NCBI GenBank assembly: GCA_963815455.1
Contig: CAWFGO010000001.1
Coordinates: 1,088,001-1,152,000, forward strand
Direction: 5' to 3'
Length of the DNA stretch: 64,000 nucleotides
Origin: an uncultured Verrucomicrobiae bacterium
Lineage (GTDB): Bacteria; Verrucomicrobiota; Verrucomicrobiia; Chthoniobacterales; UBA10450
A model generated the notes under the pieces. It was not told where the DNA came from, searched no databases, and saw only the letters and a list, made by a program, of their open reading frames with translations. Within the stretch, counting starts at the first letter, position 1; every line of letters begins with the position of its first letter. The translations under genes and the position numbers were made by a program. Positions 9,715-19,218 of this stretch are shown piece after piece.

Positions 9715-10344
9715 TTACGGGGCTTTCGAGGCCATCCAGAAAAAAAGAAGAATCGCGAGGAACCCGAAAACGATCAGCGGCAGGCTGAATGCGAATCCGA
9801 TCCTCATCCAATCGCCAAAAGTGCGACCACCGCCACCGAGCAGATCGGAAACATCGGGCGCAACGTCCGGCAAGTCGACATCGGTTCCGGTTTCATCCGC
9901 CTGCAACCGGCTGCGTTGCGTGCTGAATTCGGCCCGGGCGTCGTCCACCGCGCTCAAGGCCTTGCTCAATTCCTTGTGCAGCTCCGCCGGATTCCAGTTT
10001 TTCGGATCGATCGCCTCGATCAATTCCAGATGTTGCCCAAAACTTTCCCGCATTGAGCGAATCTGTTCGAGCCGCTTTTGGGTGTCGTATCCCTCCCGCT
10101 CCAGCACCACCAGCGAGCGCGTGAGCTTATCGGTCATTTCCGCGCGGCCCCGTTCCAGCTCTTCCTGGCGCCGGCTCAGTTCCTCGAGCTCGCGTTTTTG
10201 TTTTTCAATTTGTTCCTGCTGGCGCTTGAGCTGGAGCAATTGCTCGTGCGCTCTTTGCACCTGTGAATCCAGATGCTCGGACGAAAGCCCTTCTTCTTCG
10301 CTCAGTTCCAGCATTTGTTCCATCGATCGGGCTTTTTCAGGCAT
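9715..10344 (-). CDS. Hypothetical coiled-coil protein with a C-terminal TM
   Basis: Long E/Q/R-rich coiled coil followed by FAFSLPLIVFGFLAILLFFW. Confidence 0.75.
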   Translation of the reverse strand: MPEKARSMEQMLELSEEEGLSSEHLDSQVQRAHEQLLQLKRQQEQIEKQKRELEELSRRQEELERGRAEMTDKLTRSLVVLEREGYDTQKRLEQIRSMRESFGQHLELIEAIDPKNWNPAELHKELSKALSAVDDARAEFSTQRSRLQADETGTDVDLPDVAPDVSDLLGGGGRTFGDWMRIGFAFSLPLIVFGFLAILLFFWMASKAP

Positions 10345-10430
10345 GACGTTCTCGGATGCTCGTTGCTGTTGCCACATTAGTGAGAGCGGTGCGAATTTCC
10401 ACACTCTTTTTTAACCGCCGGGCTTTAAGG

Positions 10431-10826
10431 ACGCCTGCCTGTCATCCCGAGCCGCGAAGACGGCGAGGGATCCCGCAGTTGCATTTACGACCAGGCAAGC
10501 GTTCATGAAAGTTTCGCTGCTGTAACAGCTCTCGCTATAAGCAAGCCGTAAACTGCTTTCGCGAGATCCTTCGCTTCGCTCAGGATGACACGCTCCTTTA
10601 ACGTCCCGGCATCATTTCCAACAACACGCCTGCCTGTCATCCCGAGCCGCGAAGACGGCGAGGGATCCCGCAGTTGCATTTACGACCAGGCAAGCGTTCA
10701 TGAAAGTTTCGCTGCGGTAACAGCTCTCGCTATAAGCAAGCCGTAAACTGCTTTCGCGAGATCCTTCGCTTCGCTCAGGATGGCACGCTCCGTCAGCGTC
10801 CCGGCATCATTTCCAACAACACGCCT
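10431..10826. repeat. Tandem duplication (2 x 195 bp); each unit contains a family-A palindromic element (10440-10590, 10635-10785)
   Basis: Units 10431-10625 and 10626-10820 are nearly identical; ACGCCT recurs at 10431, 10626 and 10821. Confidence 0.92.
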
Positions 10827-11965
10827 TTGAAGTATTCCGTTTCGGGAATCGTTGGCAGCACCGGGTGATCCGGCGCTTGCTCGAATCGATGCAATCGCCT
10901 GGCGGAACGCCGCGCATCGACCAGCGCATCGCTAATCGTTTGTGAAAATACTTCTTCGCCGACGTGATGGGAGCACGAGAATGTCGCCAGCAACCCGTCC
11001 TTCGACAACAGCTTGAACGCGCGCGCGTGCAATTCCCGGTAACCCCGCAACGCGTCGCGCAATCCGCTTTTTGTTTTCGTGAACGACGGCGGATCGAGAA
11101 CGATCAAATCGTATTGCGCTTCCCGCTTTTCCGCCGTGCGCAGGAATTGAAACACATCCTGCTCGATCCATTGCACGCTCAATTGATTCCGGGTCGTATT
11201 CTGTTTCGCCGCCGCGATATTGTCTGCGCTCGCTTCCACGCCGGTCGTTTCCGCCGCGCCGGCGCGGGCACAGGCCAGGGTGAACGCTCCCTGATTAGTA
11301 AAACAATCAAGCACGCGCCGCCCTTTGGCATATTGGGCGACGATTTCGTAGTTGTGGCGTTGATCGAGGTAAAAACCGGTTTTCTGCCCCTGGAGAAGAT
11401 CGACATCGAATTTCAAATTACCGACATCGATCTCGATTCTTGAAGACGCAGCTCCGCGCAAAACTCCAGTTCGCAGTTCCAATCCTTCCGCGCGACGGAC
11501 CGGCGCATCGTTCCGTTCGATGATGGTGATTTTCTCCCCGAAAAGATCGACAATCGCGTTCGCAATCGAATCTTTTCGCAGGTCCATCGCCATCGTGAGC
11601 GTCTGGAGGACGAAACAGTCGCCGTAACGATCGATAATTACGCCGGGGAGCCCGTCGCTCTCGCTCCAGACGACTCGTCGCAGTTTCGGGTCGACCTCGC
11701 GCCGGTCGCGATACTCGGAAGCCTGGGCGATCCGGCGCTTGAAAAAATCCAGATCCAGATCCTGTTTCCGGCGCGAGAACCGCCGGGCGACGATTTGCGA
11801 TTTCGAATTATAAATCGCGCTGCCGATCAAATGATCGCGCCCATCCTTTAGCGAGATCACGTCGCCATCCGCCGGGTTCCCGAAAACTTTAAGGACTTCA
11901 CTGGAAAAAACCCAGTCGTGTCCATGCAAAATTCGCGCGCGCGGTTTGACTACCAATCCAGCCAT
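10793..11965 (-). CDS. RlmI-like class I SAM-dependent rRNA methyltransferase
   Basis: PUA-like N-terminus, SESDGLPGVIIDRY, GQKTGFYLDQR, DLIVLDPPSF, TFSCS and DHPV...ETEYFK; ATG at 11965 chosen. Confidence 0.9.
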   Translation of the reverse strand: MAGLVVKPRARILHGHDWVFSSEVLKVFGNPADGDVISLKDGRDHLIGSAIYNSKSQIVARRFSRRKQDLDLDFFKRRIAQASEYRDRREVDPKLRRVVWSESDGLPGVIIDRYGDCFVLQTLTMAMDLRKDSIANAIVDLFGEKITIIERNDAPVRRAEGLELRTGVLRGAASSRIEIDVGNLKFDVDLLQGQKTGFYLDQRHNYEIVAQYAKGRRVLDCFTNQGAFTLACARAGAAETTGVEASADNIAAAKQNTTRNQLSVQWIEQDVFQFLRTAEKREAQYDLIVLDPPSFTKTKSGLRDALRGYRELHARAFKLLSKDGLLATFSCSHHVGEEVFSQTISDALVDARRSARRLHRFEQAPDHPVLPTIPETEYFKGVLLEMMPGR

Positions 11966-11980
11966 AGGGAACAATCCTAG

Positions 11981-12871
11981 ATGCAAACCTTGCCACAATC
12001 GATTGTCGATCTTCCCGGTATCAAGAAACTGCGCAGCGGCAAAGTCCGCGAGGTTTTCGACCTTGGCGACACGCTCCTCTTCGTCGTGACCGATCGCTTG
12101 TCCGCTTTCGATGTCATTTTGTCCGATCCGATTCCGCAGAAGGGCGCGGTCTTGAACCAACTCTCAGCCTTTTGGTTCAGGCGCTTCGACAAGATCGACA
12201 ATCATTTTGTCACGGCCGATTTCGAAAAGTTTCCGAAAGAGCTTCAGGCATTTCGCGATCAACTGGCCGGGCGCTCGATGATCGTGAAAAAAACAAAGCC
12301 GCTCGCGGTAGAATGCGTGGTGCGCGGTTATCTGGCTGGCTCCGGCTGGAAAGAATATCAGGCGACGCAGAGTGTTTGCGGGATCAGGCTCCCGCCCGGA
12401 TTGAAACTCGCGTCCCAATTGCCGGAGCCAATCTTCACGCCTTCGACAAAAGCGAACGAAGGACACGACGAGAACATCGACATGAAACAGTGCGCCCAGA
12501 TTCTCGGCGACGAAATGGCCAATCGCGTGAAAGATCTGAGTCTGGAAATCTATTCGCGGGGCCGCGATCATGCGGCGCAGCGCGGGATCATCGTGGCCGA
12601 CACGAAATTCGAGTTTGGAACAGTCGATGGGAAATTGTTGCTGATCGACGAGTGTCTCACGCCGGATTCGTCACGTTTTTGGCCGCGGGATCAATACGTG
12701 GTCGGGAAGAGTCCGCCCAGTTTCGACAAACAATTCGTGCGCGATTATCTGGAGACGCTGGATTGGGACAAAACGCCGCCGGCACCGAAGCTGCCGGAGG
12801 AAGTGATCGAGAAAACGTCGGCGAAATACGTCGAGGCGTTTGAGAAATTGACTGGCGAGAAATTGAGATAG
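11981..12871 (+). CDS. purC: SAICAR synthase
   Basis: Motifs [46 protein letters not shown] and SFDKQFVRD. Confidence 0.97.
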   Translation: MQTLPQSIVDLPGIKKLRSGKVREVFDLGDTLLFVVTDRLSAFDVILSDPIPQKGAVLNQLSAFWFRRFDKIDNHFVTADFEKFPKELQAFRDQLAGRSMIVKKTKPLAVECVVRGYLAGSGWKEYQATQSVCGIRLPPGLKLASQLPEPIFTPSTKANEGHDENIDMKQCAQILGDEMANRVKDLSLEIYSRGRDHAAQRGIIVADTKFEFGTVDGKLLLIDECLTPDSSRFWPRDQYVVGKSPPSFDKQFVRDYLETLDWDKTPPAPKLPEEVIEKTSAKYVEAFEKLTGEKLR

Positions 12872-12881
12872 GCACGGCAAA

Positions 12882-13016
12882 CTGTCATCCCGAGCCCAGC
12901 GAGGGACCTCGCGGTCGCACTCAAGCGATCGAGCCGCCCCGAAAGCATGACCGCATTGGTTGCTCGAGAACGTTCTCTCTTCTTCGCGAGATCCTTCGCT
13001 CCGCTCAGGATGACAG
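12882..13016. repeat. Family-A palindromic element
   Basis: ctgtcatcccgagcccagcgagggacctcgcg ... cgcgagatccttcgctccgctcaggatgacag. Confidence 0.85.
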
Positions 13017-13093
13017 AAGGAGATGGGACGACAGCGCGGCGCCTGGATTCGAGCGTTGTGGAACCGTCCGCTTAGCGATAAGTTGCGAAGACT

Positions 13094-14809
13094 TTGAAAA
13101 TTCGATTTTTCTGGCTTTGCGTATTGTCGATCCTCGTTGCCACGGGCGATCTTTCCCGCGCGCAACAAGCGATCGCCGATAGCTCGTCGCTCGATTTCAA
13201 GCAGTTCGGTTTGCTCGCTATTCAGGACGGCGGCCGCCGCAAACCGCTGGACACGTTTGCCAGAGAAACACTGATCCGAATCACCGGAAGATCGACATTC
13301 ACCGATAAAGCAGGCCGGACATGGCAGCCGAACGATTTCGTCTTGTCGGCAATGCTGGAGACGCACGACTGGAAAAACGAGCCGATGGTGCTGGTATCGT
13401 TGGGAAAATTGAAGGAGCAACTCGGGCTCGATCAAACCCAACGGCGATTTTCGTTTGCCCAATTGATCGCCGCGAGCGAGCTGCAACGAATCGCCAACGA
13501 AGCGCACGCGTTGAAACGGGCGGAAAAACCGCTCGATCGCGTCCAGCAGGAAGCGCTCAGCGTAAGCGATCGGCTGGCGCTTTTGGCCCATGTAATGGAT
13601 GGCAGCGCCCTCTTGATTGTGCCCGCGCCCACAAATGAGACCGATCCATGGGTCGATCCGCCGGGCTGGTCGAAATATTACAGCGAAGCGCAATTCGCTC
13701 CGCTCCAGGTTCAACTGCAAACCCTCGCGACGGGTTACGTGAACGGCGACGGCTTCAATTTCAGCCGCGCGGGAAATCAGCTCCGCGACAATCTGCGCGC
13801 GCTAAGTCCATCGATCTATCCGCAAGATCGACAATTGCGCCTCGAATATTTTTACAATCATTTCGAGGCGTTCTATCGCGCGATCTGGCTCTACGGGATC
13901 GCATTGGTCGTTTTGCTGATTGCACATCTGCGTGGACGCGGCAACGCGTTGCGGAACATCGGGGTGGGGATTGCCATTCTCGGGCTTCTCTCGCACGCGG
14001 CTGGCATCGCCATGCGTTGCATGATCGCCGGGCGACCGCCGGTGACGAACATGTACGAATCGATTATCTGGGTTTCATTCGCGGTTTCATTTTTCGGGAT
14101 GATCTTTTTCGCGAGATACCGGACGCCGGTCTATTTGCTGGCGGCGTTGCCGGTGACACTGCTGGCCCTGCTCCTGGTGCATCAGATGCCGATCGCGATG
14201 CCGGCGAGTATCGATCCGCTGGTGCCGGTGTTGCGCGATAATTTCTGGCTCACAATTCACGTTCTCACGATCACTCTGAGCTACGCCGCCTTCGCGCTGG
14301 CCATGGGTTTCGGTCATATCCTCCTTTATCGATATGCGCGAGACCCAGCCGCGGCCCGGGCCGATCAGCCGATGCATTTCTGGCTTTATCGGGTCCTCCA
14401 GCTCGGCGTGATCCTATTGGCGGCTGGAACAATTCTCGGCGGCGTGTGGGCGAATTATTCCTGGGGCCGATTCTGGGGCTGGGACCCGAAGGAGACCTGG
14501 GCGTTGATCGCGTTGCTCTGTTATATATTGACGCTGCACGGACGACTGGCCGGTTGGTGGACGCAATTCGGCCTGGTGGTAGCGAGCGTGGTTTGTTTTC
14601 TGGCGGTGTTAATGGCGTGGTACGGAGTGAATTTCGTTCTCGGCAAGGGATTGCACAGCTACGGATTCGGCATCGGCGGCGAAACCTACGTCGCGACATT
14701 TGTGATTCTCGATCTTCTGTTCGTCGGGTTCGCGATTTGGCGATATCGCACCAGCAAGAGCGAGCCGAGTCCGGCCGGCGAAATTGCTGACGAGCCAGTT
14801 GCGGTGTGA
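13094..14809 (+). CDS. ccsA: Cytochrome c biogenesis protein CcsA (system II) with a large periplasmic N-terminal domain
   Basis: GRPPVTNMYES, WLTIHV, WWD motif WANYSWGRFWGWDPKETW, and GLHSY. Confidence 0.9.
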   Translation: MKIRFFWLCVLSILVATGDLSRAQQAIADSSSLDFKQFGLLAIQDGGRRKPLDTFARETLIRITGRSTFTDKAGRTWQPNDFVLSAMLETHDWKNEPMVLVSLGKLKEQLGLDQTQRRFSFAQLIAASELQRIANEAHALKRAEKPLDRVQQEALSVSDRLALLAHVMDGSALLIVPAPTNETDPWVDPPGWSKYYSEAQFAPLQVQLQTLATGYVNGDGFNFSRAGNQLRDNLRALSPSIYPQDRQLRLEYFYNHFEAFYRAIWLYGIALVVLLIAHLRGRGNALRNIGVGIAILGLLSHAAGIAMRCMIAGRPPVTNMYESIIWVSFAVSFFGMIFFARYRTPVYLLAALPVTLLALLLVHQMPIAMPASIDPLVPVLRDNFWLTIHVLTITLSYAAFALAMGFGHILLYRYARDPAAARADQPMHFWLYRVLQLGVILLAAGTILGGVWANYSWGRFWGWDPKETWALIALLCYILTLHGRLAGWWTQFGLVVASVVCFLAVLMAWYGVNFVLGKGLHSYGFGIGGETYVATFVILDLLFVGFAIWRYRTSKSEPSPAGEIADEPVAV

Positions 14810-14816
14810 GCACAAC

Positions 14817-14865
14817 GGAGGGACGTGCTTCTGCACGTCCTGGACATGCAGAAGCATGTCCCTCC
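14817..14865. repeat. 24-bp-arm hairpin between convergent genes (palindromic element or terminator)
   Basis: ggagggacgtgcttctgcacgtcc-t-ggacatgcagaagcatgtccctcc. Confidence 0.75.
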
Positions 14866-14880
14866 CGTCACTGCCCGCGG

Positions 14881-15334
14881 CTACAACGACGCCGTTAACG
14901 CGTCGAGAAATTGTCGCGCCGTTGCGGCTTCGAACAGCGTGGCCCGGACGACATCGTCCCTGAGCAGCCGGGCCAGTGCGCCGACGCAAATCAAGTAATC
15001 GTTCACGAACTGTTGCGGCACACCGATGAGGAAAAGTAGCCGGGCGCGTTTTCCGTCGGCAAAGGGAATACCGGACCGGCTGCGCCCGATCCCGATCACG
15101 ATTTCCTTCACTAAATCGGTGCGCAGATGGGGAAAAACCACGCCGTTCTCGACCTCGCTGGGCTTGACCTGCTCGCGGGCGAGCAGTTGCTCGCAGAAAT
15201 TGCTCCGGATTGTCGATCTTCCCGCTGGCCGCCAGCAACCGGATAATCTTGCCCAAGGCCACCGGCGCCTGGCGGGTGCGCAATTCCAGCACTACATGCT
15301 TTTCATTAAGAAGATCGACAAGGGCGACGGCCAT
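14881..15334 (-). pseudogene. PTS IIA (PtsN-like) protein, +1 frameshift near 15194 (possibly a sequencing error)
   Basis: Removing one base gives ...PEQFLEQLLAREQVKPSEVENGVVFPHLRTD...IGRSRSGIPF...LLFLIGVP. Confidence 0.75.
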
Positions 15335-15390
15335 GGCTGAGATTTATTGGATTATCCCGTCAAACAAGTTATCCAGTTAAATAAAGAGAC

Positions 15391-16110
15391 GTGGCAACAG
15401 AAAACAATCCAGACCAGCCGACCAACGAAGCGACGATTTCGTTGCAGCCCAGTATTTACGACCAGGGCTACGTCAATGCCATGTCGCATTTTTATCGGGG
15501 CGAACTCGGCCGGATCATGGTCTGGCGGCAACGGCTCGATATTACGACCAACTGGGCCATCACCAGCAGCACCGCCATCATTACCATCGCATTTTCCAAT
15601 CGAGGCGTACCGCACATTATTTTCTTTTTCAATCTGGCCATTGTCTGGGTGATGCTCTGGATCGAAGCGCGACGCTACCGGTTCTACGACGCCTTTCGGG
15701 CGCGGGTCCGAATGCTGGAAGCGCATTTCCTTGTTCCGATGGTGATGGAAAACCGCGACCTGCTGCAGGGCGAATGGAAAAAACTTGTTTGTGAGGACCT
15801 GATCCTGCCCTCGTTTAAGATTAGCAGACTCGAAGCGGTCGGGCGCCGGTTGAAGCGCAATTACGTCTTCATCTTCATTCTCATCATGGTCGCGTGGGTG
15901 ACAAAGATTTTTCTGCACGCCGAGCACGCCATGGACAGCCTGGGTGGATTCTACGGCGCGCTGCGGATCGGTCAGATTCCCTCGTGGCTGGTCGCATTTA
16001 TCTTTGGCGGAACGCTGATCAGTGTGATCGCGATCACCATTTACGTGAGCAAGAAATCGTCCGGTGAAATCTCCGAGTTCGGCACGCACAGGTCGCTCTG
16101 GCGGATCTAA
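15391..16110 (+). CDS. DUF2270-like membrane protein
   Basis: Motifs HFYRGE...WRQRLDITTNWA, IEARRYRFYD and EAVGRRLKRNY. Confidence 0.85.
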   Translation: MATENNPDQPTNEATISLQPSIYDQGYVNAMSHFYRGELGRIMVWRQRLDITTNWAITSSTAIITIAFSNRGVPHIIFFFNLAIVWVMLWIEARRYRFYDAFRARVRMLEAHFLVPMVMENRDLLQGEWKKLVCEDLILPSFKISRLEAVGRRLKRNYVFIFILIMVAWVTKIFLHAEHAMDSLGGFYGALRIGQIPSWLVAFIFGGTLISVIAITIYVSKKSSGEISEFGTHRSLWRI

Positions 16111-16204
16111 TGTCATTCCGAGCGAAGTCGAGGAATCCCGCCATGACACGCAAGAACGACGCAACGGGATTCTTCGACTCCGCTACCCTCCGCGCAGGAT
16201 GACA
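16111..16204. repeat. Family-A palindromic element filling the whole intergenic gap
   Basis: tgtcattccgagcgaagtcgaggaatcccg ... cgggattcttcgactccgct...caggatgaca. Confidence 0.85.
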
Positions 16205-17056
16205 GCGTTTGAAAAGCTCTGCGACATCGTGGCCAGGTTGCGCGGGCCGGACGGTTGCCCGTGGGATCGCGAGCAGACGAACGAATCGATTCTGCCGCAG
16301 TTAATCGAAGAAACCTATGAACTGGTCGAAGCAGTGCGGAAGAATGACACCGCAAATTTTCGCGAGGAACTGGGCGACCTCCTCTTGCATATCGTCATGC
16401 ATGCGGAGATCGCGCGAGAAACGGGGCGATTCGATATCGACGATGTTCTTCGGGAGATTTCGGAGAAGTTGGTCCGCCGACATCCTCACGTTTTTGGAAA
16501 CAGCGATGCCCGCGATACCGGCGCGGTGTTGAAACAATGGGAAGCGATCAAACGCGCCGAGAAATCGGGTGGGCATTACCTGGACGGTTTGCCCAAAGCG
16601 CTACCGGCTTTGATGCGGGCCCAAAAAGGGCAATCGAAAGTGGCCCGGGTCAATTTCGATTGGGCCGAATTGCGCGAGGTGATTGCAAAAGTGGACGAAG
16701 AACTCGCGGAAACGAAAGCGGCCATCGAGAAGTGGCATCGGCATCCTGCCGATGTCTCATGCGCTGGAAGCGCATGCCACGACGTCGAGGACGAGATCGG
16801 TGACCTGCTTTTTGCGGTGGTAAATCTGGCTCGAAAATGCAAGCTCGACGCGGAAAGCACATTGCAAGCGGCCACGGACAAATTTGTCGAGCGATTTAAC
16901 CGGTTAGAGGACGCGCTGCAAGGGCAGGGCAAACGGCTGGGGGACGTCGATCTCGCCGGGCTGGACAAGATTTGGAACCAGATCAAAACGGAAAACGTTC
17001 AACGCCCAACGCCCAACGCCCAACGTTCAACTTCTGACTTGGATATTGAGCGTTGA
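16199..17056 (+). CDS. mazG: Nucleoside triphosphate pyrophosphohydrolase
   Basis: Motifs LRGPDGCPWDREQT, EETYE, EELGDLL, RRHPHVF and EIGDLLFAVVNLAR. Confidence 0.95.
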   Translation: MTAFEKLCDIVARLRGPDGCPWDREQTNESILPQLIEETYELVEAVRKNDTANFREELGDLLLHIVMHAEIARETGRFDIDDVLREISEKLVRRHPHVFGNSDARDTGAVLKQWEAIKRAEKSGGHYLDGLPKALPALMRAQKGQSKVARVNFDWAELREVIAKVDEELAETKAAIEKWHRHPADVSCAGSACHDVEDEIGDLLFAVVNLARKCKLDAESTLQAATDKFVERFNRLEDALQGQGKRLGDVDLAGLDKIWNQIKTENVQRPTPNAQRSTSDLDIER

Positions 17057-17076
17057 GCGTTGGACGTTGAGCGTTT
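16993..17076. repeat. Inverted heptamer-repeat element overlapping the mazG 3' end
   Basis: (caacgcc/caacgtt)n ... (ttgagcg/ttggacg)n. Confidence 0.8.
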
Positions 17077-17112
17077 GCTTCTCCTCCGGCTTTGGCCATA
17101 TTCCCCGTCCCG

Positions 17113-17586
17113 ATGAACCTTCTCATCAACGTCTGTTTGGCGATTTTCGTGCTCGTCGCGCTCCTTTTGGTGCTGTTTATCCTGATGCAGCGACCGAAGA
17201 GCGAAGGATTGGGCGCTGCCTTCGGCGCGGCGGTTACGGAAAATATTTTCGGCGCGCAAACCACCAATGTGCTGACGAGAATTACGGCCTGGCTGGCCGG
17301 AATCTTTTTTGTACTGACATTCGCCTTGTCGATCCTCTATGCCCACAAAAGCATGGGCGACAGCAGTCTCCGGCGCGAGCTGCTGAAGACGCAAGGCGCC
17401 ACTTCTCCGTCGCCTGCTGCGCCGGTCTCTTCCCCGGCACCGAATGCGACCGCAAGCGTCTTGCCCGTTGCCGCAGGCACCCCAGTGATCTCGCCATCGC
17501 CAGCCGCGACGCAGGCGACCTCGGCGACCGTTGCACCAGTGGCAAGTCCCACCGCGACGGCGAAGCCAAAGCGGAAACGACCTTAG
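17113..17586 (+). CDS. secG: Preprotein translocase subunit SecG with a Pro/Ala-rich tail
   Basis: ILMQRPKSEGLGAAFG...FGAQTTNVLTRITAW. Confidence 0.9.
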   Translation: MNLLINVCLAIFVLVALLLVLFILMQRPKSEGLGAAFGAAVTENIFGAQTTNVLTRITAWLAGIFFVLTFALSILYAHKSMGDSSLRRELLKTQGATSPSPAAPVSSPAPNATASVLPVAAGTPVISPSPAATQATSATVAPVASPTATAKPKRKRP

Positions 17587-17633
17587 GCTGCGCGTTTCGC
17601 ACGGCGGCGGGCACCGGCAGAATTTGCCGAATC

Positions 17634-17661
17634 GTCACACTGTCGCCACACGCTTGTAACA
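17634..17661 (+). promoter_or_regulatory. Pho-box-like array (3 units)
   Basis: GTCACA 17634, GCCACA 17645, GTAACA 17656; TAGCGT -10-like hexamer at 17671, 7 nt before the ATG. Confidence 0.75.
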
Positions 17662-17683
17662 ATGGCCGCATAGCGTGCGGCGC

Positions 17684-19174
17684 ATGTCTATCAAATCATC
17701 CCTGGCCCTTGTCCTGGCAATGTCGTTCTTGTCCGCGCCGCTCTTGAAGGCGCAGGACGCGGGTGCATTGCTCGATCTTCTCGTCAGAAAAAAAATCATT
17801 ACCGATCAGGAAGCGGAAGAAGTCCGCGCGGAGTTGACGCAGGAAGCTTCCGCTACTTCCGCCGGAAAATGGAAACTCTCGGCGCCGATCACGGAACTGG
17901 AACTCTACGGCGATGCCCGGGTCCGATACGAATACCGCGGCGGCACCAGACCCGGCAATGTCAGCCAGCCGCACGATGCCTATGAACGGCAACGCGAGCG
18001 TTATCGCCTCCGAATCGGTTTGCGCGGAACACTGGCCGACGATTGGTTCTTCGGCGTTCGATTGGAGACCAGCACCAATCCGCGCTCGACCAATGTGACT
18101 TTCGGCGATGACTCCGGTCCGTTCGGAAAGTCGAGCGATGGGATGAACGTTGGCCAGGCGTACCTCGGCTATAAGGGATTCAAGGATATCACCTTGATCG
18201 CCGGGAAAATGCCGCAGCCGCTCGTGACCACGCTCATGACCTGGGACGGCGATCTCAACCCGGAAGGAATGGCCGAGCAGTGGAAACATACGTTTAATCT
18301 CGAGTTCGGCGGGGGCGCTCCCGCCGAACCGATCCAGAGTTATACCAAGGAAGGCGACCGGATGGCGTCGGCGGCAGCGCCTTCGTCCGAGCCGACCAAG
18401 ATCAAGATCGACATCTTCGCCAACTTCGGCCAGTTCGTTTACGACGATTCGAATCCGGAGAACCCGCTCGGACCGCGCTCGACCACGACGGCAAACGGCG
18501 GACATCAGCTCATTCCAAACACGGATGCGTTCATGCTGGCCTGGCAGGTCGGGACACGTTTTACATTTCCCAACGGTCTCTACGCGCAGGTCGCGCCGAC
18601 CATCTACAACTACACCGGCAACGGCGACACGTTTAACGTTCATTTCCGGGGCGGCGATCCGGCGTTGAGCAACAGCTCTTCGATGAGCACGAATCAAACT
18701 GGGATCAACAGCCTGCTCGTGTTCAATCTGCCCTGGGAAATCGGCTGGAAACTGGGCGAGTTGCCCATGAAGTTGTTCGGCGATTTTGCCGTCAATCTCG
18801 AGGGCGACGATCGGGCCCGGGCTGCTGGCCACCCGGACAAGGGAGACCAGCGTTACGCCTATCAAGTCGGCATCGGGATCGGCCAGCTAAAGGCAAAGAA
18901 AAACTGGCAGATCAACATTTTCTGGCAGCACACCGAGCAATTTTCGCTCGATCCCAACCTGGTTGATTCCGACATTTTCGACAGCCGGGTCAACATGGAA
19001 GGGGTTGCCATCCAGGCCGGCTACATGTTGAGCGATGCCGTGAGCTTCAACCTCACTTACGGCTACGGCTGGCGCTCGGATAACTGGTTAGGCACAGGCG
19101 GCGCCGGCGATATCGCGATCAACCCTCTGGATGAATATCAAATTTTCCAGGCCGATCTGAACGTGAAGTTTTAG
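17684..19174 (+). CDS. Putative porin (Porin_5-like), probably for phosphate uptake
   Basis: Signal peptide, LLDLLVRKKIIT N-terminal motif, GDARVRYE...RERYRLRIG, terminal F; directly upstream of pstS. Confidence 0.8.
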   Translation: MSIKSSLALVLAMSFLSAPLLKAQDAGALLDLLVRKKIITDQEAEEVRAELTQEASATSAGKWKLSAPITELELYGDARVRYEYRGGTRPGNVSQPHDAYERQRERYRLRIGLRGTLADDWFFGVRLETSTNPRSTNVTFGDDSGPFGKSSDGMNVGQAYLGYKGFKDITLIAGKMPQPLVTTLMTWDGDLNPEGMAEQWKHTFNLEFGGGAPAEPIQSYTKEGDRMASAAAPSSEPTKIKIDIFANFGQFVYDDSNPENPLGPRSTTTANGGHQLIPNTDAFMLAWQVGTRFTFPNGLYAQVAPTIYNYTGNGDTFNVHFRGGDPALSNSSSMSTNQTGINSLLVFNLPWEIGWKLGELPMKLFGDFAVNLEGDDRARAAGHPDKGDQRYAYQVGIGIGQLKAKKNWQINIFWQHTEQFSLDPNLVDSDIFDSRVNMEGVAIQAGYMLSDAVSFNLTYGYGWRSDNWLGTGGAGDIAINPLDEYQIFQADLNVKF

Positions 19175-19218
19175 ACGGTCCCTCACCATTTCGAAATCAA
19201 TCTTACCAAACCCACACT

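Noticed and set aside
10431..10826. Possible CRISPR array
   Set aside because: Only two 195-bp units, the would-be spacers are near-identical, and there are no cas genes
11966..12160. Longer start for the methyltransferase ORF
   Set aside because: It runs antisense through purC; the recognisable domain begins at MAGLVVKP
12671..13720. 349-aa minus-strand ORF, and similar long antisense ORFs (15352-16164, 17696-18865, 19183-20115, 25367-26560)
   Set aside because: Shadow ORFs of well-supported genes in GC-rich DNA, with no recognisable motifs
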